From Tubulanus polymorphus (lineage: Eukaryota; Animalia; Nemertea), in the NCBI RefSeq assembly GCF_964204645.1, contig NC_134031.1, positions 8,122,001 through 8,186,000 on the forward strand: a DNA stretch of 64,000 bases, in the 5' to 3' direction. Both the position numbers and the translations under genes were made by a program. Positions 53,415 through 64,000 of this stretch are shown here, in pieces. Position 1 is the stretch's first letter. Each line of letters starts with the position of its first letter. The notes under the pieces were generated by a model. It saw only the letters and a program-made list of their open reading frames with translations. It had not been told where the DNA came from and made no database searches.

Positions 53415-53556
53415 CTTTTTATGTATTTTGAATAGTCTGGAAGAAGTCCATGGGTGAGACTTTGGGCAACATGGTCTCGCAATGCCTCTTTCACATCACG
53501 ACTAAAGCAAGCCTTGACGTATGCTGCACTTTCAACAAATCTTGGATTCGGACTCG
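53415..53556 (-). CDS. CASZ1: castor/CASZ1 most upstream coding exon found (SPNPRFVESAAYVK...DYSKYIKR)
   Basis: ttattttcag / gtatgt; open in the phase that joins the next exon. The nine exons total 4091 nt in consistent frame. It begins mid-codon, so further exons lie upstream, probably beyond the window. Confidence 0.8.
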
Positions 53557-55447
53557 CTGAAAATAATGAAAATAAGTAAAATTAAAAAATATTCTACATG
53601 AGCTACTTCCATTGCCTAATTCTACATTAATCTAAGTCATTGTAACTTTATTCACTCTCCTTACACAGGACACCCTCAGGCAGTGACAAATTAGCCGTTA
53701 AAACAATAAATATGTCTTTGAGAAAAATTCCATACAAAATATAAGCTAATTTCTCATATCAAAGCCAAGAAAACAAAGTTTGGTTTCACCAACATTGTCT
53801 TTATGCTCGAGTTGATTAGTTTATCTAATTATTTGAAGTGGCCCCTGAGAGGAAAGTGTACCATGGAATGTACATTTCAGGCCAAACTATGAATATTTCT
53901 ATAAGTTCGTTTCTTTTTTTGTATTGAAAGGTTCTGTTGCTATCAGATTCACACACACACGCATGTATAATTGAAATAAGCATTTCTAATGAATTTTCAA
54001 ATGTTGGTTATTATAATGACAAACAGTGGCTACCAACACCAGTAACTGAGTTGATATGGTTTCACGAATATTTCGTCGAATAAAGACAATGATACTTTTC
54101 AACAAAGGTAAGTAAGACCCTCAGTAATAACTTCCTATCCTACACATTGTTTAAGATAAAATCTGTAGTTCTCAGTGACAAAGAATAAAAGTTGGCAACT
54201 CAAGAAGCTCCTGAAATATTTGGTACAAGCTCCTTCATTGTTATTGAGTATTGTGGAATGTGGATACGAAACGTAAGAAGTTACGATGTACTGGCAAATG
54301 TAAAACAGTTTTGTATTTAATACGGCCTTCGTTGATAAATTAATATTCCAAAAAGAAACAGAACACCACATTATCGTAGCCTTATAATCTGATCGCCTAG
54401 TCGTTATTGTTAGTTATGTCAGAATCGGTAGAAAAAACATTTTGCTCTCGAATTCGTAACGTGTCTAATTTCATAGTCAGAATGTTGCAATCAACGCATT
54501 TGATGGATTCCAGGCATAAATATCGTTAATGTGCACTTATTTCATTATCCACCAATCTGCTCTCCGTAGGAAAAACATATTTCTAGAAAAGAAATGATCC
54601 TATATTCAAATCTAGATAGAAAATATAAAGCATGATGACCGCAAAACTGATGTTCGCCTCAATTAGTTGATGATGCAATAGAAATCCAACAATTGATGAA
54701 GAATCTTGAAATTAAAATAAACAAGATTTTTCGTCACAGTTGTCAGCTTAACATTTCACATACTTTTATGTCCAGTTCCTAATAATAAAGTCGGGTGAAT
54801 TAATTCTGATCCTCTTAGGTTGAAACTAAAATTCTTATTTTTCAAGCTCGGCACTAATACGAGGAAAGTATATAATAAGCTAATTCAACTATTCACTGTG
54901 TAAACCAATGATGGTTATCACTGATAGAGCATTGCTATATAAAACGCAAAAATTATAAGTCATATTTCCGTTGAAAATTCCACAATTATTACATGAAAAA
55001 CGAACATAACAAGACAACAGCCATACCATACATTCCTAACAATGCATTATCATCTCCACGGCAACATAATTTCTACTTTTGCACCGCGTTTATTACATCC
55101 ACCTTGATTATATGATTATAACCAGTTGAAGCTTGAAAAATAACGATGTACTGATCTTTAGAATGGTTTGTATGGAACCTTAAGTCAACATTGACAACTA
55201 ATAGTTTGCAAATTCAATCCGCAGACAATCTCAAACCAATTCTCAAGGCATGCCCTTTTCATAAATTGGAAAATTTGAAATCCAATATTGCTACGGCATC
55301 CGTATTCCTGTTGCATTAATCTAACGACGTTGGCACTGCCTAGCACACCCAACATGAATAATATCGAAACAAGAAACGGATTTTGCGTTTATGTTCATGC
55401 AAAACAATAAACTTATCTACAATAATGACTTTAGCCATGAATCTGAA

Positions 55448-55600
55448 TCAGAAGGCTTCCACTGAAGGTGCTGCGATGATTGCTTCTAGATTGTTCCATT
55501 CAATCAAGGTTTTTACAAAGAACGAGTTCTTGTACATTTCGTGCGTTATGGGCTTAAGAAGTATGACTTTGTAGCCATGAGAGAAGTTGTAGTTGTATCG
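55448..55600 (-). mobile_element. Short 3' fragment of a CR1/L2-group LINE
   Basis: YKNSFFVKTLIEWNNL..IIAAPSVEAF matches the SFFPRT..WN.LP...S...F C-terminus of these RTs. Confidence 0.6.
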
Positions 55601-55671
55601 ATGGTAACAAAATTGCTTGTGATTTTGATCCATCATGTGATCGATCCACTTTTCACTCACAGGTACTGATT

Positions 55672-55861
55672 CTTATCTAACTCCCTCAAACCGCTTAACG
55701 CCACGCAGGGCATCATTCTTTCCCAATGGGGGAGAGACCAGAGAGGAACCTTCGACCAAGAAACTCTGTCGCCACCAGGATTTAAACCCATAAACTGGAT
55801 TGACGAGACCAGTGACCAGCGGCTTTAACCACTCGGCCACAGCATCTCTCTAGGTAGTGAA
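55672..55861 (-). mobile_element. tRNA-derived SINE
   Basis: Minus-strand A box tggccgagtggttaaagc and B box gggtttaaatcc; aggtactgatt repeated at 55661 and 55862 (candidate TSD). Confidence 0.7.
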
Positions 55862-56047
55862 AGGTACTGATTATTGCATACTCGGTGTTTCTTGTTTAGC
55901 TACTCGACATCGCACATAGCAGATTGAAACATTGTTTACTTACTTCGTGAAACAATGAATTGTTAAATGATGTTTCCTGTTTAAGAGCATTGTATACACA
56001 GTAGTGAAACAGTTAGTTTACATGTCTGGGATAGGTTATATGCCTAA

Positions 56048-56452
56048 AGCCTGGTGCACATGAAGTGATTTTTTGTCGCCGGGTTGCTGCGATTGGTACT
56101 ACAAGTGATTCTATATCACTGTATCATGTGACTTGTCACGATGGCCACGTCCCTGCCTCCAAGGTCACTGTATTTTGAAGTATCACATGATAATTATTCG
56201 CTCACATATAGATCGTTGATGAGTTGATGAGTTGCTTGATGTCTCCAGCTGCCATATACACTGCAACTCCGAGCAATCAATGATCAATTTCATGGCATTT
56301 GACGTTCGATATTGGGCAACTCGAGCAAATCCTTTCGATCCAAGTTATTTCTGTCTCCTCTTACCGCAGACGACCAATTTTTTCATTCCAACCGATCGAA
56401 TTAGGCAGTTGCTCGAGAATTCCTCGAAAACGTCACTCACGTGCGCCAGGCT
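56048..56452. mobile_element. Harbinger/ISL2EU-like MITE
   Basis: TIRs agcctggtgcac / gtgcgccaggct. Confidence 0.5.
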
Positions 56453-58309
56453 GAACTCAGGTGATCCGACAATTCACTTACGACCTATTGCCTATGTGCT
56501 ACTTTGATCACCGATCAAATTGCACAAATACTTTCCTCCCTTACAATGAATCCATGACAGTCATTGGCTACAACTTAAGACTTATGGCGGGAAAAGAAAA
56601 AAAAAGAGTTCTATTCTTACGATCTGGTTGGTGGGAGATTACCGACATTATCAACAGTCACAACAGCCCATCAGATCAACAATGGATTGATCATCAGATG
56701 ACATCCTAGCAGACAATTTTAAAAGGGTCAACCATAGAATGTCCCATGTTAAACTATCAAATACAGGTAATTCCTAAGAGGTAAATCTGTAACTGTGCTA
56801 CTGCCGTGTTGGTCATTTCAACTGTTCGGCCAGATGACTAGACAACTCAGTAACTACCATCATCTGAAACTATCTTGAAATTAAAAATCAATACAGAATC
56901 AATAAGAACTTCCATCAGATAAGAGTGCGATTTAGGTGGGTTGACAGTCAGTAGTTGAATGTCTTCGAACCTTAAAATCAGGGATGGAAATGAAAACTTA
57001 ATATGAGCACTTTCACCTTAGATGGGTACTTGACTCGATGAGATGGAAATCAACTTAATGAATATGAGCTCTTTATCCCTAGATGGATACTTGACTTGAT
57101 GAGAGCCATTTGGCATTTAATTATCTTAAAATTAACTCAAGTTCAATCCAACGAAGATCTATCAGTGAAAGCTTATTGGCCAACAAATTGTTTCCCATTG
57201 CTTGACGCCTTTAAGTACTGCACACAAAAGCAATCGATAACTGACTCCCTTGCAATCAATGACCTTCAAGGGCGTCAGGAAAAAATTCTGTACCAACATT
57301 TTTAGTACAGTGTGTCATGAAATATTATTTTGTTCTTTTTTGAGAAACAAGAGTTCTCATGTCGGATTCAATGCTCTCAAATACTATTTCGAGTGGATAG
57401 AGAGAGATGGACACCAAAAACTTTAGGAAGATTGATTTAGGCTAGACGTTTCTTTTTCTATTGATGCAAATGTAAATATCAGATTCTAAAAATTGGATCT
57501 CTGTTATTTGTCTGAAAATGGATGGTTGCGCGTCCTACTTTATTAGCGCTTCCCTTAAGTGGACTCCTGGATCCGCACCTTGATACTACTTGATGTTAAG
57601 CCTCACAAAATTCTTAACTTCTGCAGTTTCGAAACTTTTTGATATCTCAATATTCAGTAGCCTTGAGTCTATCAAAAACGAAAATTGGGCTAAGAACATG
57701 TATCAAATGCTCAGGAAAATGTTTTCACCAGGCATATGACATGTTCTTGTTCTCAAATCTTGCACCATGTCAGGAGGAGCAGGCAAGAACATGTCACATG
57801 ACTAAATCAGTTTGCTCAGGAGAATTATGGTTTGCATATTGTTTTTTTTCACGTTCTTGAGATCGTGCGAAGATTGTGATCACTACTGTTTCGAATAGTC
57901 CTCTACCCAATGGCATCGGAGACGCATCCAGGTTTCTATCTAGCTGTTGTTCCTCAAACAAGTACAGTAAGAGGAGATAAAAAATCATTCGCTTTCTGGC
58001 TACATGCAATCTCGATGAAAAATCTGCCATTGTGTCTCAGAAAAGCAAGCCGGTCTATGCAAATGTAAGTCTATTACCCTATATTCTATCTTAAAAATAA
58101 ATGATCATCGAGAAAAACCAGATAGAAACAGTTTCACCATGAGATAATTTTATTTGGACCAGCATTATCATTATTCAGCATGTTCCTTCTTTAAGCCTAG
58201 CTCAGGAAGGTCCAGATCTCTAATAACTATAGGTCAAATCATGTTGATTATCGCCGATCTGCGGGTTTTAGCGCTGATAATCCGCTTTGATCACCGATAG
58301 AATGGCATA

Positions 58310-58460
58310 AGTGTACGCATATACGACAAGCTGTATAACCACTGGCCAAGTGGACTAGTTCTATTGGTCTACTATCGGTTGCTTTCTACACACAAGACCC
58401 GGGTTCAATCCCCGGTAAGTGCGCGTAATTACATTGTCACTTCCGTAATCGTTACGTTGG
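58310..58460 (+). mobile_element. tRNA-related SINE-like repeat, copy 1
   Basis: accactggccaagtggactagttcta..gacccgggttcaatccccg (B box); inverted second copy at 62944-63090. Confidence 0.65.
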
Positions 58461-59690
58461 TGGAGAACCCTAATCGCTCTCGGTAATACATCGTCCCGCA
58501 TGGTCAACATAATAAAATAGATATGATAATAATAGAATTTAGATCTAACTAATCTATGTTTACCTATAATTAAATATAAAAATTGAAAGAGGTTGTCCAG
58601 TGGTTGGCTCACGATATTCGCTGCGTTCGAATTTACAATTCAAAAGTTTCAAATTAAAATTATCAAATTCCTCATGAAGTAATCATCAGTGTAAATACAT
58701 TCACAACTGATACAATTAAGATATTCCAATAGCAATTCCAACGCATTGCGGCAAGTACTTTCAATAGTTTAGAGAAATATAATTTCACCATCGCATGATA
58801 ACCATGGTAACGTGATAAAAGAGTTGCAATTTTCCATTATTGAGAGAGGAAATCGTGACGACCAAATCGTTATACTACAATTACCCGCCTGCATTGTTCG
58901 AATTCACTCAGCACTTATTGAAAAATTTTGTAAGTATGTTTTATCGGAAATTTTACCATCAAAACAATTTCGCGAAGCTTCGAAGAATACAATGCAAATA
59001 ACGTGAAGCGTCGTGAAAAGTCATTCGGGTTTGCAATTAAGTGCCGTTGTTAAACAGGAACTTAAGACAATACAAGACAATACACGCTACACGCTACACG
59101 CGGTCAATTAAATATTCAGATTTCGATGCAAAATTACTCGCAAAATATATCAAAAAACGTAAACCTCAATGCATAGTGGAGCTTTCCGCAGAGTCGAAAA
59201 TACTCTAGAGGTTTCTAGGCGATGACATGCGAAAATTGCGTAAGTATATAGACTTATGACAAGGAATTATTACCACTGCATGTACACCAGGCGCTGTATA
59301 GCATGGATGACCATATTCACTAGATATCTGTAGGAAGTAGGCATTTTCTTTAGTAGCATTTAACTTATGTGATCGATTTTGTGAAGAGTTTGCCCCCAAT
59401 TAACGGTCATATCAAACACACGTTAAAAGTGATGACAGTTTAGGTTAATCATAATGGCATAACATCCTGGCGATATAGAAAATCTTAGAAATCGAATGGT
59501 AAAATCATTGCTGGAGAGTTGGTCAATTGCAGAATTGATCCGAAAATCATGTTTGTGAAAATGCAAATATGAGACCACCGATCTCTTGGGCCATTTATCT
59601 TATACCTATTGGAGGGTAAAACAGTTGAGCTAATACCTTGTGAAAATTAGTTTCACAAAGATAGATGGCAAACCTATAAAACAGAATACA

Positions 59691-60550
59691 TAGATTAGAT
59701 TAGATTTAAATTTATTGCTCCAGAAAATTGTACATTTTTTGCGAGCACAGGATACATACAAAATAAACAGTTTGCAGTTATACAATAACAGTTGCTAGTC
59801 ATACAATAACTAGTTATATTTACAATTGAAAAGTTATTTTGAAAAGTTCGTGTATACCAGGAACAGCGATGAGGTGAGGCTAGATGAGGCTATGTGCCTT
59901 TTTTATAAAAACTGCAAGATTCCTTAGGACGTTTGGGTTTTCTGACGTAAAAAGGTTCATAAATTTTCTTATATTAGGAAACGTTACTATTTGTTGCGGT
60001 ATGTACCGACTTCTTAAACTTTCGAAAAAAGTACACTCCATTATAAAATGGTATTCGTCGCCGATTTGCCCTAGGTTACATTTGGTACAAAGTCGTTCAT
60101 TTCGGGGGATATTTTCATATCTTCTTGTTTCAATCGGTAGATTATGATTAGAGCAACGAAACCGTATTACATTTGTCCTGAGGTCAAATGGTAGTGCTAA
60201 TGAACATACTTCCCGCCCCCAATTCGGCTTAATAATTCTATAGGTATCTAGTTTTGTTGAAGCTGCGATAGTCTGGTGCCATTTCTGTTTGAATTGATCT
60301 TGTAAACATAATTTAACAGTTTCTGATAAATACCGGATATTCGGGAAAGATTGTTCGTACCAAATGTAACCTAGACCACAGTTTTCTAAGATAGACTGAA
60401 TACAAGTGATCCATTTACTGGTCTTACCATTTACATGATTTTTTATTAGGATACGATACATTTTACTAGAATGAGTGTTGCTCTCTGTGATCAGATGTCC
60501 CCAAAACTTAACCATTCTGACTTTTATTTGTATTTCAAAAGGAATATTGG
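59691..60550 (-). mobile_element. 5'-truncated non-LTR retrotransposon (RTE-X-like ORF2 C-terminus), with 3'UTR, AATAAA and (ATCTA)n tail
   Basis: Open frame with FRCSNHNLPIETRRY..ERLCTKCNLGQIGDEYHFIMEC (CCHC knuckle); stop at 59880; AATAAA at 59716-59711; tail 59705-59691. Clade assignment is tentative. Confidence 0.88.
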
Positions 60551-62829
60551 CCACACTATCTCTCACAAGGTAAAATACTCCAAAAAAAATCAGTTGCATA
60601 TCCTCAGTCTTAATGTGCAATAGGGGCAAGTGTGCAACTTCAAATATTTTGACAAAATTGATATTTCAGTGTTCTTAGAATTTTGAGGAAAATCAAAAAT
60701 GTAGCTTCGTCAACAGAATTTCTCAATACTACACTAAAAATGTTCAAATTTTCCAGAATTTGAAAGCTGCCTTTAGCCAATGAGAACGTGATATGACATC
60801 AAGTTATGTCAAACAAACTTAACTCATTTGATCTAAATAACTCAAGTCACATAGTAACCTATAAATAATGATCAAAACTAAGGAAAAAGAAAAACGAATC
60901 AGAAAGATATGAGTTTGTAGAATAATATCTCGGATAGAAACTACATTACAATATATCAGTGCACTAATCCTGCTCCATGATATTTAGCTATATTAGCAGG
61001 TTTGTAATTCATAGATAATTGTCTAAAATAATTGTCTTGGCCGACAAATAAAAGGAGATCATTTTAATACAGTATCTTTGCACGGTTTGTCACGCGACGA
61101 TAAACCTGAATATCGATGGTAATTCAGTCACCAAGAGCAACAGATTTAATTTCCATGCCAACCCTTGTCTTATTTTATTGATGCGCGGTCTTTGCGCGGA
61201 GTTGCCAATTTTAATGCATTATTCATTATTTAAGTCAATTTCAGCATTGAGGATTCATGCGAAATTTATTCCGTCCCGTCCCGTATTCTAGGCCCGGTCG
61301 AGACCATCACGCTATATGTATCACGGCGATGCATACCATTGTGGCATTTCCATGGCAACAAATTGGATACAATTTAAATTTTCAACATTTGTTACTACGC
61401 AGGGGTAATGGTGGCCGCGTGGCGTGCGTGGCACTCTTAACGATCAATACACACGAGCACGAAACTTTCATGCCAATATTAAGCCGCAATGCCGATAAAA
61501 AGTTTGCGTAAAATGGAACGGCCTCGTTATGGTAACTTTGACCATATACAAATGTTTGCATTCATTACGTCCTTTCACACGAATCGTGTCATAAATAGGT
61601 GAAACAGACAACATCGGTGAACTTAATGCATCATCAGCTCATTAATCGATATGTGAAAAACATTGATAACATATACGTACATACAGTTTTACGTTACATA
61701 TGTACTTTTTAATTTACAGTTTTCCAATGAAGCCTCACAAAGAACGACGAAGGAATAAGTCCTTTCTCCTAGTCTACAAAACAGAGGGGGTTGCAAAGAA
61801 AAATGACCCGAGTCGCTTTAGATTTTAATCGATATATGCAACATCGCTCGAAGGCACACAGCTAATTACGAAATGTGGAGCCTCAAACATTGACTATTTC
61901 TTCCTTTCAGAATTCGTAGACATGGAAAAATCTATCCTTTCTTGCTATTACAAATTTTCGATCGAATATTAATGACGTCACACCATCTGTTGGGATAGAT
62001 GTTGTGGCAGTTCCCAATTTTTAAGCAAGGATATGTGATTACTATTTATAATTAATCACCAAGATTACCATATAAACTGAGAGATATTTGATATCTAGAA
62101 TACCTTCTCAAATACCACTGACTCTACAATCATATTGTATGCACGCATTCTTACAACGGATTCTTTCTTATATATGTATATATATATATATACTTCAGGC
62201 CAAATACAATGCTTTTTGTGTGATTGCTCAAAATCCGGACCTACTCTGTTTAGTTTTACTCTAAATGCTTTGCAATATATCACAAACATTTCATCGATAA
62301 GTCCCCAATCAAGGTCGATTAGCTTCCAATTACAGCCCAACATGTGAGACTTAATTACCATAAATGATAGGCTGAAATTCGGCTCAACTTACCATGCCAT
62401 CGATTTTCAAAGCACACAATACAATATCGTTACAATAACAAAGAGATTAGATCTTAGTGAAAATATTTGAAAAGAAAATGTTGCGAAATTTGATAAAAAC
62501 TGGGCTTTCGTCAGACTTTAAATGAGGAGACACTGATTGTAACCACACTTTTTCAGCTGCGCTTATTTCCAGCACAAATGAACGCAACCAGCTAGAGATA
62601 TGATCTCCGGCGATTTGCTCCCTATTTAGGAATTATCAAAGATGAATACCTAGAATGGGTTAAATTGACTGTTTGAATCTTCAAATTTAAGAATCCCTGC
62701 AAGAACCAATATATTCCATCCTCCATCATAAAGATTTGAACCTGATGGCATTATGAAACTCTGCCATAGCACTAACCCTGCTTGATTACCACGCGAGTGC
62801 AGGTACTTGAGCACTTAGCCATGATTTCA

Positions 62830-62905
62830 TTATTAGCCAATTAGGTAGAATTTCCTACTGAGGCAGTCTCAATGCCATCAGGTTCGAATCCCTCCCTAAG
62901 GAGGA
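62830..62905 (+). mobile_element. Degenerate tRNA-derived SINE head
   Basis: tagccaattaggtaga (A-box-like) and ggttcgaatccc (B box); no full cloverleaf. Confidence 0.4.
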
Positions 62906-62943
62906 TGATCCAATCCAGTATGGTTGTGTAAGTGAACAATCAG

Positions 62944-63090
62944 AATGTAACGATTAAGAGTAACAGTGATATTATGCTCACTCATCGGGGATAACCCGGG
63001 TCTCTTATGTAGAAAGCAAGCACGCTAACCAGTAGACAAATAGAACTAGTCCACTTGGCCAGTGGTTACACAGCTTGCCGTATGCATAAC
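62944..63090 (-). mobile_element. tRNA-related SINE-like repeat, copy 2
   Basis: Reverse complement of 58310-58460 (tagaactagtccacttggccagtggt). Confidence 0.65.
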
Positions 63091-64000
63091 GCATAAGGTA
63101 TATGCATAATGCAAATACATATGTAGTAATATGCCACTGAATTGTATAGTTAACTTTGAAAGTTTACCAAAATATTCGAAAAATGTTGAAAAAAAAACAG
63201 GGTAAAAAATAATCAAAACTTTTTTTTCGATCGACAGCAAACAATCCTGACTATTTGTGTAATTAGATATATTCAACTGAATTTGGAAAAAAACTGGTGG
63301 TATTTTATGTTCACAATCAGCCATTTGCAGTCATTATTAAAACGCTTTTGTTGATAAGGTGAAGTTTAAAAACGATTTCTTAGAAATTCAAGGGCTGGTT
63401 TTATCAATGACCCCAAATATTCATAGAAAACTAAATGTCTGATTTTGCTTTTGATGTACTGTACATATTCAGTATGGAATGGGTCTAGTTTTTTTAAATC
63501 TTTATTTGCGCATTTGACAGAATTTGAATCAGAAAATAAAAACACCCAATTGTAAATATTTTTGAAGTTATAGACAATAAAAATCTGCGATAAGAATATT
63601 TGATTATACCGAGGCTCAAATTTTGGGTCAATTATAGAAATCTCTTGATAAACGACAACAGAACGCAGAAACTGCCAGAACAATTAATCACATAAACTAC
63701 GAATGATATAAATATAGACGTGTATCATATATACATATGACAAAGCAGGAAAAGTGAAATTAGCCCAAAACCACATTTATTCACTCAAGCTGGATTGCGA
63801 CCTACCCAGTATTATTCATAATTTATCAGGTCAAAATCGTAGACATTTACATCGGCACTAAAACACGCCTTTTATTATTTACGTATCTATGCCACACAGT
63901 CATATTGAAAAATTTCCACTTTACACCAATTGAATAATAACTCTATATTCACGTGAAATTTGACATAGATATCGGAATGTTATTTGTTGTCAAAAATATC

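Overview
AT-rich animal genomic DNA, most likely a spiralian/lophotrochozoan invertebrate (inferred from the repeat families and GPCR type). It contains spliceosomal introns and no prokaryotic features. All four protein genes are on the minus strand: (1) a 4-exon, 11-finger C2H2 zinc-finger gene (ZF-A, 14642..5003, 1107 aa by my splice model); (2) a 9-finger paralogue with a single coding exon (ZF-B, 23397..20875) that shares a collinear 7-finger array with ZF-A and may share upstream non-coding exons; (3) an intronless, divergent rhodopsin-class peptide-receptor-like GPCR (35510..34395); (4) the last nine coding exons of a castor/CASZ1 orthologue with about 12 castor-type fingers (53556..45243; no upstream coding exon found in the window). 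The rest is dense with repeats: a decayed Penelope-like retroelement, an intact-looking minimal hammerhead ribozyme in a ZF-A intron, LINE 3' ends, tRNA-derived SINEs, Helentron-type elements with internal tandem repeats, and Harbinger-, piggyBac-, pogo- and Merlin-like MITEs. At 28.7-32.3 kb there is a nested inverted-repeat structure containing a 30-bp minisatellite built from a transposon terminal motif. Coordinates were read by eye; no database searches were run.
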